Shown here: positions 44,401 through 50,766 of the stretch, piece after piece
How positions within the stretch are numbered: the stretch's first letter is position 1
Layout: every line of letters begins with the position of its first letter
Origin: Schmidtea polychroa
Taxonomy: Eukaryota
Reading direction: 5' to 3'
NCBI GenBank assembly: GCA_044892525.1
Contig: CM097887.1
Span: 70,742,001-70,806,000 of the forward strand
Length of the DNA: 64,000 nt
Notes under the pieces: generated by a model
What the model was told of the DNA's origin: nothing
The model's input: only the letters and a program-made list of their open reading frames with translations
The model's database searches: none
Translations under genes and position numbers: made by a program

Positions 44401-45719
44401 GAAAAGAGTTTGAATTCGAAGCAAAATTAGCAAGAAACAGAGTGCTAACAGCATATCGCAGATTATTGAACGATATAAATGTCGAGGACGACATTTTAAA
44501 CGACAGCGGGGGAGATAAACACGATGACAATAACGGAAAAGGCCGAAAGGAGGATAAAGAGAAAAGAGAACAGGAGGAGGGTAAACCGGAAAACAAGGAT
44601 TCGGATACGAAAAGAGAGGGAAACAGCCCGGGAACTAAGACCAAAGAGGAGGAAAAATCGAATAATGGAAAACAGAGGGTATGCCTACCTTTCACTAACA
44701 AAGAAATAGAGACAAATATGATATTAATGATAATTATGCTTACCATGATAGAGTTAGTAACAGCTCATGGAGGGACGAGGACGATAAAAGAAACCAAAGA
44801 AGCGGAGAATCAAGATAGCAAAGAGGACGAACTAAAACAAGAAAAGAAAAAGCAAGCACAAGAGCAGCAGTGGGATTTAAAGGAAGAATGGGACTTAAAG
44901 GAAAGGTGCATACTAGGAAGATGCATGTCTAGAGCGTATCAGAAACTAGTACTGATAAATGAGGACACAGAACCAATAACAGAAGTAAGAATACAAGAAG
45001 CATACCGAAACCGAGACGGGAAAAGAATAACGAACGTTAAAGGAAAAGAGGTACACCTAGGAAAAGGTGGCGAAGTAGTAATAACGCAGCTCCAACCAAG
45101 AAAAGAGCACAAAGTCTGTATTTCAAGATTGGGACCGGGTGAGAGATGCCATCAATATGTGACGCAGCAGCAGCCCCCGAAGGAATATACGGTTTGTATC
45201 TGGAGAAACGAATCAAAAAGAGAATGCCGACGATACCCGGGGAAAAGAGGAAAGAAAAGGAAAAACCACGACGAAAAGGACGAAGGAGGAAAGCACAAGA
45301 AAACCGGCGAGGAAGCTCAGGACAACTATGTTTCGGAGGAAGAGATGGAAAAAATACAAAAGATGGCAAAGGAGGGTATGAACGAGGAAATAGCAAGAAT
45401 ACGGGAAATGATGAAAGGAAATGGCAAAAGAGGGAACGAGAAAAGTACAGAAGCAATATCAACATTAACAAACCAGGAAAAACCAGAGAGTATAAGCGTG
45501 AAGCAGATGATGTGGATCAGTGGGATAATAATAACAGGGGCATTCCTAATCATAACGGGGGGAACAATAAAAATAATTAAGGATAAACGACATCGCGGAG
45601 AACTAGAGATGACTCGAATCAGAAATTTCCAACATCGAGTGAAACGACCAAGTGATATCAAACAAGAACAGTGGGTGGAGGCCTGGAACGCTCAGCGCCC
45701 TCCAAACTCACGTATATAG
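36894..45719 (+). CDS. pol: Polyprotein part 2: rest of glycoprotein, protease, RT, RNase H, integrase, ankyrin repeats and membrane-anchored C-terminal unit
   Basis: Open frame from 36894 (the ORF track starts at ATG 37023). Motifs MIDTGANVS, YIDDLLI, LATDASG, H..RLGGH...C..C, MDVVGP / TDQG / ERFN and GPYEI. Confidence 0.95.
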   Translation, partial: KKVLAYYCGQYSYSTLILPGLDKEIVSIQREDCKELFRTGALKMHNGVTIHGQTGMIKTESVYVSGKVKSSDGSCNGGTYTIRGEVISGVVVIESYTVELKEYEAQFDANNYQMKTNPACKATENVCRTGVSTIIYEANTQKCRLQLLKSALFNEVKGEIYENENDEDGNDRVRMRNGKPMPPSPREKRLSTQKTPTALITDDPDLGMRFIKEKETTKCDSIVYKTNYAGIYMSRQIIDRAVGKIATEDVKLYLYANNKMDFLFHRGQTTLQKVYYDLIQNDCSLNKEILKTKLAIAITHPDNTMPSLPLPDGHFGRMVGEVMYTYQCTKTYARMPEKSILPEKRCANELEIRYKGQNRFVQPVTRIMNPVGFYPNLFNCSNAYGPLYERPDGKWMMLPGKTISEEPKKFGLIELATELDFKPIDVSNGGMYSPEDLETARLNVLFPARRESILSNMVTITGGTNYQSGPNYELLLSPDHFQQATSNMMKAMWGRFLVFGQMMAGILGIILIIQIVRVILTQMLACFDIYKREKKVNWKMIVGFLPFLAKTMVLHGHSKDIHRIKRLIKILTKIKGTDEEVGRRFRKVMYDEATRRQLKKNKPKFLDRFRSQSSNSDSDDDDNGNDKCLYPNRNPNEKPMETAPYWEKEKTNTWIANGSYIPPDIVGPQTALTMTQNMYPQLPSQPGMHYMPTRRTKSVDQADDVRTIAAMSLPGGPAVTVMIQINGQETNAMIDTGANVSAIAINQIPSKHWKDIESTTIHIIACSKETVDVVGRWWTTLRYQDNEIETYLAVIPKLSVPCIIGTDLMPELLKEVVIDLTTMCLKDKTGRICKMNAVIRCPEKIIVPAKSQMICQIKVDTGMEGEVIFEPSKSFEKRRELPLAREIITINQEGVIPLNITNFEEEDKIIYENEKLGRLTPMMDIELPKVTNEMIKDDELWTIDSMLLTNDEKKKLHRLLVEYKDIFAISDLDLGTCDVTLHAIPLIDETPIALRPYKLAEMQKEIAEAEVQKMLDAKVIEPSCSPWQFPVVMVKKKDGTQRFCIDYRKLNAVTKRDTYPLPDINEMLLMLQGAAYFTSLDLKSGYWQVKVKDEDKEKTAFTLGRDLYQFRKMPFGLTNAPASFQRCMNFVTHGIKQCMVYIDDLLIYSATFEQHLEDIRNVFIRLRQWKLKLKPSKCDWAKEKVTFLGHIVSAKGKEPDPRNIEKIKTCPAPKTVTQVQEFLGLCGYYRKFIKNYAGIAKPIQELVKKDISFLWGKEQQEAFETLRDKLIEAPILVHPDFKKPFLLATDASGYAAGAILGQLDDEGKERVIGYYSRTFKKHEKNYSVTEREALAIIQAIKHFRYLLWGHEICITTDHQPLVWLGQHKEASSRLMRWAMQLQEYSPFIKFKAGRANANADCMSRFIFPDLVDSEMQRICLIVAEDLDFCQLRKDQQEDAELKQIIDYIKTGQTDVYAKDQKLKEHMDKHRHRYIIEKDWLLIMDGEKRLMCIPENRRKELLTQYHDGRLGGHMSSKKTLARMKQKYFWPTLTEDVTEWVKNCLTCATRKNTGSKWKAPLTPMPVPIEPMTMISMDVVGPLPESDKGNVYILVITDFLTKFPEAFAMPDQKAKTIAKILVEEICCRYGTPKQILTDQGTNFMSEIMSEVTNYFKIAKLRTSPYHPQTNGMTERFNGTLIQMLSNYVDRHQRDWDEYINLCLMAYRMSIHASTKMSPFKLMYGRECNMPMDLEYQPPISQYMEIDDYVTKFKERMQEIWETAGLNIKFYQESYKDLHDRKKNVKQHTFQTGDWVMIETPELIPGTTKKLQRNGKGPYEILFVGETNVRVKLVNNPFTRPIYVNVARCKSIPKTATSQPEGRTLTTRSQTYRMNMMQQLAEPITGRLGIQPSEAEKIVKEVKIKIPGWAKDRLDFEILGGLLTMIENYANRERTHPLLRVVKSQWPILFTITDHYGDTPLHKLMKVGNNEQILETIEAFHDCKRSTEQTNNQGYTPLMIAANRGKTKDIITALLDTGSKITTQDHERKNALHHAIRGRSTEAFTSLMELLSYEDNREVGNMYDGLLTAIKEKLTTITGILITWRNPIRNDYMINVNEAFTRGENTLMREAMKGHQLFEIPNQLLERGIKFTNHKDEQLAKKRIDTFEKSLFQFTNQVRNKYWETVSVLYMMDTMNNIRENYLDIIQILTAEERINNPNGKKMKIKYEKSRESKSTTNQTVTNNVIETKSMSIDQEAIIRKAKEVFFEEMLELPDEIILSKIIKAVHTYARDQTTDLDIGKIKTFLPRAFTMVTKDSRTPLQQAILAAKENRAITIVRILGEMGEETNTKNEQGETAMMYAAITKIHPKTLHILHQSGSKLDEKSNEGNSTLDWATIQPNLEMIRFICKNATKEEVENMCKNTSQFQWNTVRKNLEAMKLLLTWRVPQNNKYAINVNEFYENGENAMVKNTLTKGGTPKIILIVLNREDLKFTQNQNEQQRIGKHRRMQLRELVKEWNRKRHAATGRKEFEFEAKLARNRVLTAYRRLLNDINVEDDILNDSGGDKHDDNNGKGRKEDKEKREQEEGKPENKDSDTKREGNSPGTKTKEEEKSNNGKQRVCLPFTNKEIETNMILMIIMLTMIELVTAHGGTRTIKETKEAENQDSKEDELKQEKKKQAQEQQWDLKEEWDLKERCILGRCMSRAYQKLVLINEDTEPITEVRIQEAYRNRDGKRITNVKGKEVHLGKGGEVVITQLQPRKEHKVCISRLGPGERCHQYVTQQQPPKEYTVCIWRNESKRECRRYPGKRGKKRKNHDEKDEGGKHKKTGEEAQDNYVSEEEMEKIQKMAKEGMNEEIARIREMMKGNGKRGNEKSTEAISTLTNQEKPESISVKQMMWISGIIITGAFLIITGGTIKIIKDKRHRGELEMTRIRNFQHRVKRPSDIKQEQWVEAWNAQRPPNSRI
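39027..42500 (+). other. pol: Pol core: aspartic protease (DTG at 39096), RT (YIDD near 40313), RNase H, integrase
   Basis: Catalytic residues appear intact. Order and motifs (FCIDYRKLN, FTSLDLKSGYWQV, MPFGLTNAPASFQR) are typical of Ty3/Gypsy. Confidence 0.96.
42745..44260 (+). other. Two ankyrin-repeat modules fused downstream of integrase
   Basis: YGDTPLHKL, QGYTPLMIAA, ERKNALHHAI; then SRTPLQQAI, QGETAMMYAA, EGNSTLDWA. Each block is followed by a similar L.TWR....Y.INVNE...GEN segment. Confidence 0.9.
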
Positions 45720-45879
45720 AAAGGAATATGACTGTATATAATTGTAAAAAGTAAGTATATCTTATGTATATAACAGTATTATATCTTTATATAAGCGCGG
45801 TATCAATATTATACAATAACGGGAATCATAAAATAAAATTAAATTTACATAAGAGTTGAAAAGAGTATATAAATTAGGA

Positions 45880-46239
45880 ATGGATCAAGGAAATAACGAA
45901 ATGAACCACAATACAGTAACTGAAGAATTATGGAAGCAACAATGTGCCGTATTAGCACAATTAGTGTCCAATTTGCAAGAACAAGGACTGACGATGCACA
46001 GAAACCTGATCGAGAGTATGAACAGAGGATTTAGTTATTTGAAGATAATTGAAGACCAGAGGTTAAAAATCGAACAAATGCAAAGAGAGATAGAGAGGAT
46101 AACCCAATATAGCCGTCGACAGGAAATTGAAATAGACAGAATGATGGAGGAAGCAGAACAGACAGAAATAGAAGACTGGTCGGAATGGCTAATGAATAGA
46201 GAGGAGAGCGGACACGAAGCCGACTCTTCCGAACCCTAA
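45880..46239 (+). CDS. Accessory coiled-coil protein (~119 aa), unknown function
   Basis: Intact ORF with TTAG 2 nt before the ATG and a heptad-like, Q/E/R-rich sequence. Confidence 0.6.
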   Translation: MDQGNNEMNHNTVTEELWKQQCAVLAQLVSNLQEQGLTMHRNLIESMNRGFSYLKIIEDQRLKIEQMQREIERITQYSRRQEIEIDRMMEEAEQTEIEDWSEWLMNREESGHEADSSEP

Positions 46240-46324
46240 ACCAAACCTAGCTCAAAATGTAAATAATTGTAAATAAAATATCGAACCTGTATCGATAAGA
46301 ACTATTTGTACATATAATTATAGA

Positions 46325-47713
46325 ATGGATAAACGACAAAGAGAAGAGTTCAGAGAGATTGTCGAGCAAGTCCGAAAATCTACAACGATCAGAATACACA
46401 AACATGTTATGTGCGGAATATGTGAAAAGTTGTTAAAGGAACCTCACCAAACGCAATGTGGATGCAGAGTATGTAAAGAATGTATCAGTGAAGCAATAAA
46501 GAATAGACCACAAAGGTGCCCGGTGTGTAAAGAGACACTAATATCGAGTTTAGAAGACACTAACGAGGATAAAGCCGCAGTGAAAGACATGTTAAACACC
46601 AACCTGGGATGCAAAAATGCCCCATGCGAATGGAAAGGAGTAATATGGAAGGTAGTACAACATATGGGAGAATGTATGTACAGAATTGGCCAGTGTGAAA
46701 GGTGCCATAAAACCATTCGAGCAAGCGAAGAAAAAGAGCATCAAAGGCAGTGTGAGGAGAGATTGGAAAGATGTGAACACTGTGGAGAAATAGATACGTG
46801 GATAAATCTCACCCTCAAACATCACAATGTCCAAGAGGAGAGAGTATGTGCGGAGTTCAGTGGGGAATGCCCAAACGGATGTAACCAAGGGGAAACAATG
46901 AAGGTGGCACAGCATCTAAGGGAATGCGAAAAGAAAAGAATGACATGTGTACTAGGTAGATGGGGTTGTCAGAAATTACTACACCGAGGTGAGTTACCAC
47001 ATCATTTAGTAGAAAATGCTTCAACTCACGCAGAAATGTGGTCGACTGCGTTACAAGAAAGCGAAGAGAAAGTAAAACAAATGGAGATAGAGATAACATC
47101 GTTGAAAGTGTTAGTCAAAGAACTACTAGAAGAAAGGAAAGCGTTCGAAGAAGCCCGAGCAAACATAAAGATGCAAATAAACCGAACAGAAATTAGTAAT
47201 AATCAGGCCAAGGAGCTACATCAGAAAATACGGGAAATAAATCTAAATGAGATAACCCCAACAGCACCCTACATATGGAAAATAACGGGAGTAAAAGAAA
47301 GAATACGAAAAGCAAAAACCGGAGAAGAGACAAGAATAACAAGTCCTACATTCCATTCTTGGAAAAATGGGTACAAAATGAAAATGAAGATATATCCCAA
47401 CGGGGACGGAACCGGATTAGATACGCACTTTTCGATTTTCTTTCTGTTATGTAAAGGAGAATACGACGAAATATTAGAATGGCCGTTCCAGGCAAAAATC
47501 GATATTACTCTGATGAGCAACCAAAGTATACATGAGCAAAGCTTCAAAACAACGGGGAATCAAATAGCTTACCAGAGGCCCCTCAACGAAGAAGGATCAG
47601 CAACAGGAGCACCTACGTTCATCTCACAACAAAGAGTAGAAGATATGGCGAGAAATGATACCATATATATCAAGATGACCGTGAGGAAAGAGGAGAAGGG
47701 TAGAACGGAATAA
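46325..47713 (+). CDS. Intronless TRAF-family protein (RING, TRAF zinc fingers, coiled coil, MATH/TRAF-C)
   Basis: CGICEKLLKEPHQTQCGCRVCKEC...CPVC; CKNAPCEWKG, CPNGC and C.LGRWGC fingers; YIWKI...SPTF...GYKMKMKIYPNGDG.G..THFSIFF.LCKGEYD..LEWPF...QRP...G.PTFI. Confidence 0.95.
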   Translation: MDKRQREEFREIVEQVRKSTTIRIHKHVMCGICEKLLKEPHQTQCGCRVCKECISEAIKNRPQRCPVCKETLISSLEDTNEDKAAVKDMLNTNLGCKNAPCEWKGVIWKVVQHMGECMYRIGQCERCHKTIRASEEKEHQRQCEERLERCEHCGEIDTWINLTLKHHNVQEERVCAEFSGECPNGCNQGETMKVAQHLRECEKKRMTCVLGRWGCQKLLHRGELPHHLVENASTHAEMWSTALQESEEKVKQMEIEITSLKVLVKELLEERKAFEEARANIKMQINRTEISNNQAKELHQKIREINLNEITPTAPYIWKITGVKERIRKAKTGEETRITSPTFHSWKNGYKMKMKIYPNGDGTGLDTHFSIFFLLCKGEYDEILEWPFQAKIDITLMSNQSIHEQSFKTTGNQIAYQRPLNEEGSATGAPTFISQQRVEDMARNDTIYIKMTVRKEEKGRTE

Positions 47714-47906
47714 CCAATCGAATAATGTTGTATATAATAATCTGTATATATCGGTGTATATAACTAATAAAATATTATATAATAATAGTATGAAAACCCT
47801 AAATACGAAAACCCAAAAATGATGCGAAAATTTCCCAAGAAACAGTAAATAATGAATAAATTCCTTTTTCATAATAAAAAGATTAATCGATGTCTATGAT
47901 TTAGAG

Positions 47907-48962
47907 ATGACACAAGAGAAAATAACCGAAACTGCGATAGACCCAACCAATGTCAACAAGACACAAATTCCCCGAGAACATAACAAAAAATGGAACAAAG
48001 TAATGTTCCAACTAACTAATCTCACCCGAAATCACATCGAAGAAACTAGAGAAGATGAGAATAGTCAATACCAATGGTTAATACACAACTTAAGAGCGGA
48101 AGCAGAAGCATGCAAAAGAGCATCAAAATGGGCGTCACTAGAAAATACCCGCCAAGAAGCACACAGCCACTACTTAAAGCAGCTAGTGCAGGAAGCGAGA
48201 AAGAGACTTACCGATGAGAACACCAAGCGCGAAGCGGAAAAGCAAATAGAAGACAGGAAAATGATGCACTTAGTGGCAGAAGCGAGAAAATGGAAAAGAC
48301 AAAACAGAGACATGAAAAAAGAGATGAAAGAATTGCCCAGGAGACTCGGATATGAAAGCGAACAAGGTAAATGGGAGGAGAATTTAATAATAAAGGAAGA
48401 ATTGAAAAGGTTGAGAAAGGTCGCCGCCCGAAGCCAAACCTGGCAAACAAAGGCTATGGAGTTTGAGCGACATTTGGCAATGAAGTGCGACATAAGAGAG
48501 CACGAGAATGCCGCAATGGAAGAGATGATAACCCAACAAGCGGGACGGGTTGTGGAATTAGTAAATCAGGTAGAAGAGATGAAAAGAGACCTTAATGGAT
48601 TACAAGGATCGCTGGAACAAAGAAACATGGTCCTAGCGGGAAAAAACAGAAAATTAGAAAACGAAAGGAAAATGTACACCGAAAATATTAAAAACTTAGA
48701 AATAGAAATTGAAAAATGGAAGGGCGACGAGAAAATCAAGGCCCTAGACAAACAGATAGAGGCGAAAGATGAAGAGACTAGGTATCTCACCTATCTGCTC
48801 GACGAGGAATTGAATATCACTCGAGCTCTAAGAGACGAAGTTAGTGAATTGAGAGCTCAAATTCCCCAATATTACCTACCATACGACCCTATTGCGATAC
48901 AGTTACATTCCGCGGTCGATAGTGATGAAGGTTATGTAGGCCAGGAGGAAACCTTCGTATAA
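47907..48962 (+). CDS. Accessory coiled-coil protein (351 aa), unknown function
   Basis: Long intact E/K/R-rich heptad ORF in the same orientation, with TTAG just before the ATG. Confidence 0.75.
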   Translation: MTQEKITETAIDPTNVNKTQIPREHNKKWNKVMFQLTNLTRNHIEETREDENSQYQWLIHNLRAEAEACKRASKWASLENTRQEAHSHYLKQLVQEARKRLTDENTKREAEKQIEDRKMMHLVAEARKWKRQNRDMKKEMKELPRRLGYESEQGKWEENLIIKEELKRLRKVAARSQTWQTKAMEFERHLAMKCDIREHENAAMEEMITQQAGRVVELVNQVEEMKRDLNGLQGSLEQRNMVLAGKNRKLENERKMYTENIKNLEIEIEKWKGDEKIKALDKQIEAKDEETRYLTYLLDEELNITRALRDEVSELRAQIPQYYLPYDPIAIQLHSAVDSDEGYVGQEETFV

Positions 48963-49130
48963 GGGTGGATGAAAAGATGAAAAACTAAAAACCGGGACGT
49001 ATATCCCAAACAAAAAAATTAAAGTATTGTAAAAGTATTCAAGGGACTGTAACCCAAACTATTAAATTTTATATCAATGTATACGTATAAGTCGCACTAT
49101 AGCGCACCATTAACTGTACATATTATAGAT

Positions 49131-49829
49131 ATGAAAATCGAGGAAATGATAGAAATTATGAGCGACGTAGAAGAGGGAGAGATTGAGGCAGAAACAACAG
49201 AAACACAAACGCTAAAGGCCGAGTTACGGGAAGAGAAATACGAAAACGGGAGATTAATAAACAAATACCTGGAGGACCGGAAAATGATAAAGGTGTTAAA
49301 GAAAGAGTGCGAAGCGTTGGGGGAAATAAAAAGAGAAACGGAAGAGGAAAATGAATGGCTACACGAACAAAGGAAGCGAGGGAAAAACTGGGAAAAGATA
49401 GCGGAAGAGCTATGGAAAGAGAGGGCAAGCTTCAAAGCAAAGGAGGTAATCCAAGACTACTGGAAAACTGAGGCGAAGGAGCGCCAAACAGCTATAAATA
49501 AATTAAAACGACAACTAGAAGAAAACCAACGGGAAAGTAAAGAAATGAAGAAGTGGGTCCGCAAATATAGAGAAATAGAAAGAAAACATCAACAACAAAA
49601 TTACCTGCAAGAAAACGAACAAGATCTCCTACAAATCGAGCTAAAAAGAAACCTTGAAAAGAAAAGGGAAGAAATTAGACGCTTGGAAAAAGAAATTAGA
49701 CATCTAAAGAGAGAAGCCCGTGAAAAAGACCGACAATTGGAAATGCTGCCCGAGTTAAGACACAGGGTAATTAAAGCAGAGTCCACCTTGATGAGAATCG
49801 GTGAAAATAATCCAAATCAGAACCATTAA
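49131..49829 (+). CDS. Accessory coiled-coil protein (~232 aa), unknown function
   Basis: Intact E/K/R-rich ORF. The likely start is the ATG at 49131 after ATTATAG (the ORF track starts at 49077). Confidence 0.7.
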   Translation: MKIEEMIEIMSDVEEGEIEAETTETQTLKAELREEKYENGRLINKYLEDRKMIKVLKKECEALGEIKRETEEENEWLHEQRKRGKNWEKIAEELWKERASFKAKEVIQDYWKTEAKERQTAINKLKRQLEENQRESKEMKKWVRKYREIERKHQQQNYLQENEQDLLQIELKRNLEKKREEIRRLEKEIRHLKREAREKDRQLEMLPELRHRVIKAESTLMRIGENNPNQNH

Positions 49830-49884
49830 ATTAAGGGTCATTAAAACCAATTGTAAATAAACATAATGAATGTATAATAGTATC

Positions 49885-50538
49885 ATGCGAGGCGAGATGA
49901 TGATAACAATGATGGTATTGATGATTCTGATGGAGAACAAACAATTAAACGCCCAACCGAAAATCGTACGAGATTACCGCAATCAAAATCAAGAACCTAA
50001 ACAAGAATCCGGCAAATGCACATACCCTATGACCGTAAAAACCCATATCATCCAAACCATTCAATCAACCCGATCCCACATCAACAACATCCAAACAATG
50101 TGTAAAAAGAACCCCATTTGTAAAATGATAAACAAACAAATCTTCGAACAAAGCCAACAGATCGACCAGTTGGAACAACAAATGCAACAAGAGGATTTTG
50201 AAAATCTTGTAGAAAAGCCAAAAACACCTCCCGAGATCAATGACACCCATTATCTCATATATGTGGTGATCGCAGAGACCCTCCTCCTATGTCTACCAAT
50301 ATTCATGAAAATTTACGAAATTCGAAATAGATGTAGAGTCTCGACATCAATAAGAGTAACCTCGAACCAAAATCCTCAAGAAGTGCCCCTGACAAATCTT
50401 AACCCATCCCCATTCCGACCTCGAACCCCGAGTAATCAACCAATCCAGCCGAAATCTAATAGTCAGACCTATCTCAACATTAATACCCAAACCAACCAAC
50501 AGCCGCCAGCAGAAGCATCAATGGTTAACAGTTCATAA
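49885..50538 (+). CDS. Orphan type I membrane protein
   Basis: Signal-like MMITMMVLMILM, a small helical ectodomain with 3 Cys, a TM helix YLIYVVIAETLLLCLPIFM and a P/N/Q-rich tail. Confidence 0.7.
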   Translation: MRGEMMITMMVLMILMENKQLNAQPKIVRDYRNQNQEPKQESGKCTYPMTVKTHIIQTIQSTRSHINNIQTMCKKNPICKMINKQIFEQSQQIDQLEQQMQQEDFENLVEKPKTPPEINDTHYLIYVVIAETLLLCLPIFMKIYEIRNRCRVSTSIRVTSNQNPQEVPLTNLNPSPFRPRTPSNQPIQPKSNSQTYLNINTQTNQQPPAEASMVNSS

Positions 50539-50766
50539 ACTCTAACTCAAACATTTGTGTTATTATATGTGGAAACTTTTATTGTATGTACAAACTATCA
50601 CCTTAAGTGATACTTGCTTGATCTTGCTTTGACCTTGATCTTACAATAAAATTTTTATCATTGTTGTATAATTTTTCGTGTTCGTGTTATATTTTTTTTT
50701 TCGAATGAATGAATTAAGTTAATTATGCAATTGCGGGACGCAATTTTGATGGGTCCCCGAGTGATT

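Noticed and set aside
32343-49940. Many hydrophobic minus-strand ORFs opposite the element's genes
   Set aside because: Expected shadows of a strongly A-rich coding strand; none has a recognisable motif.
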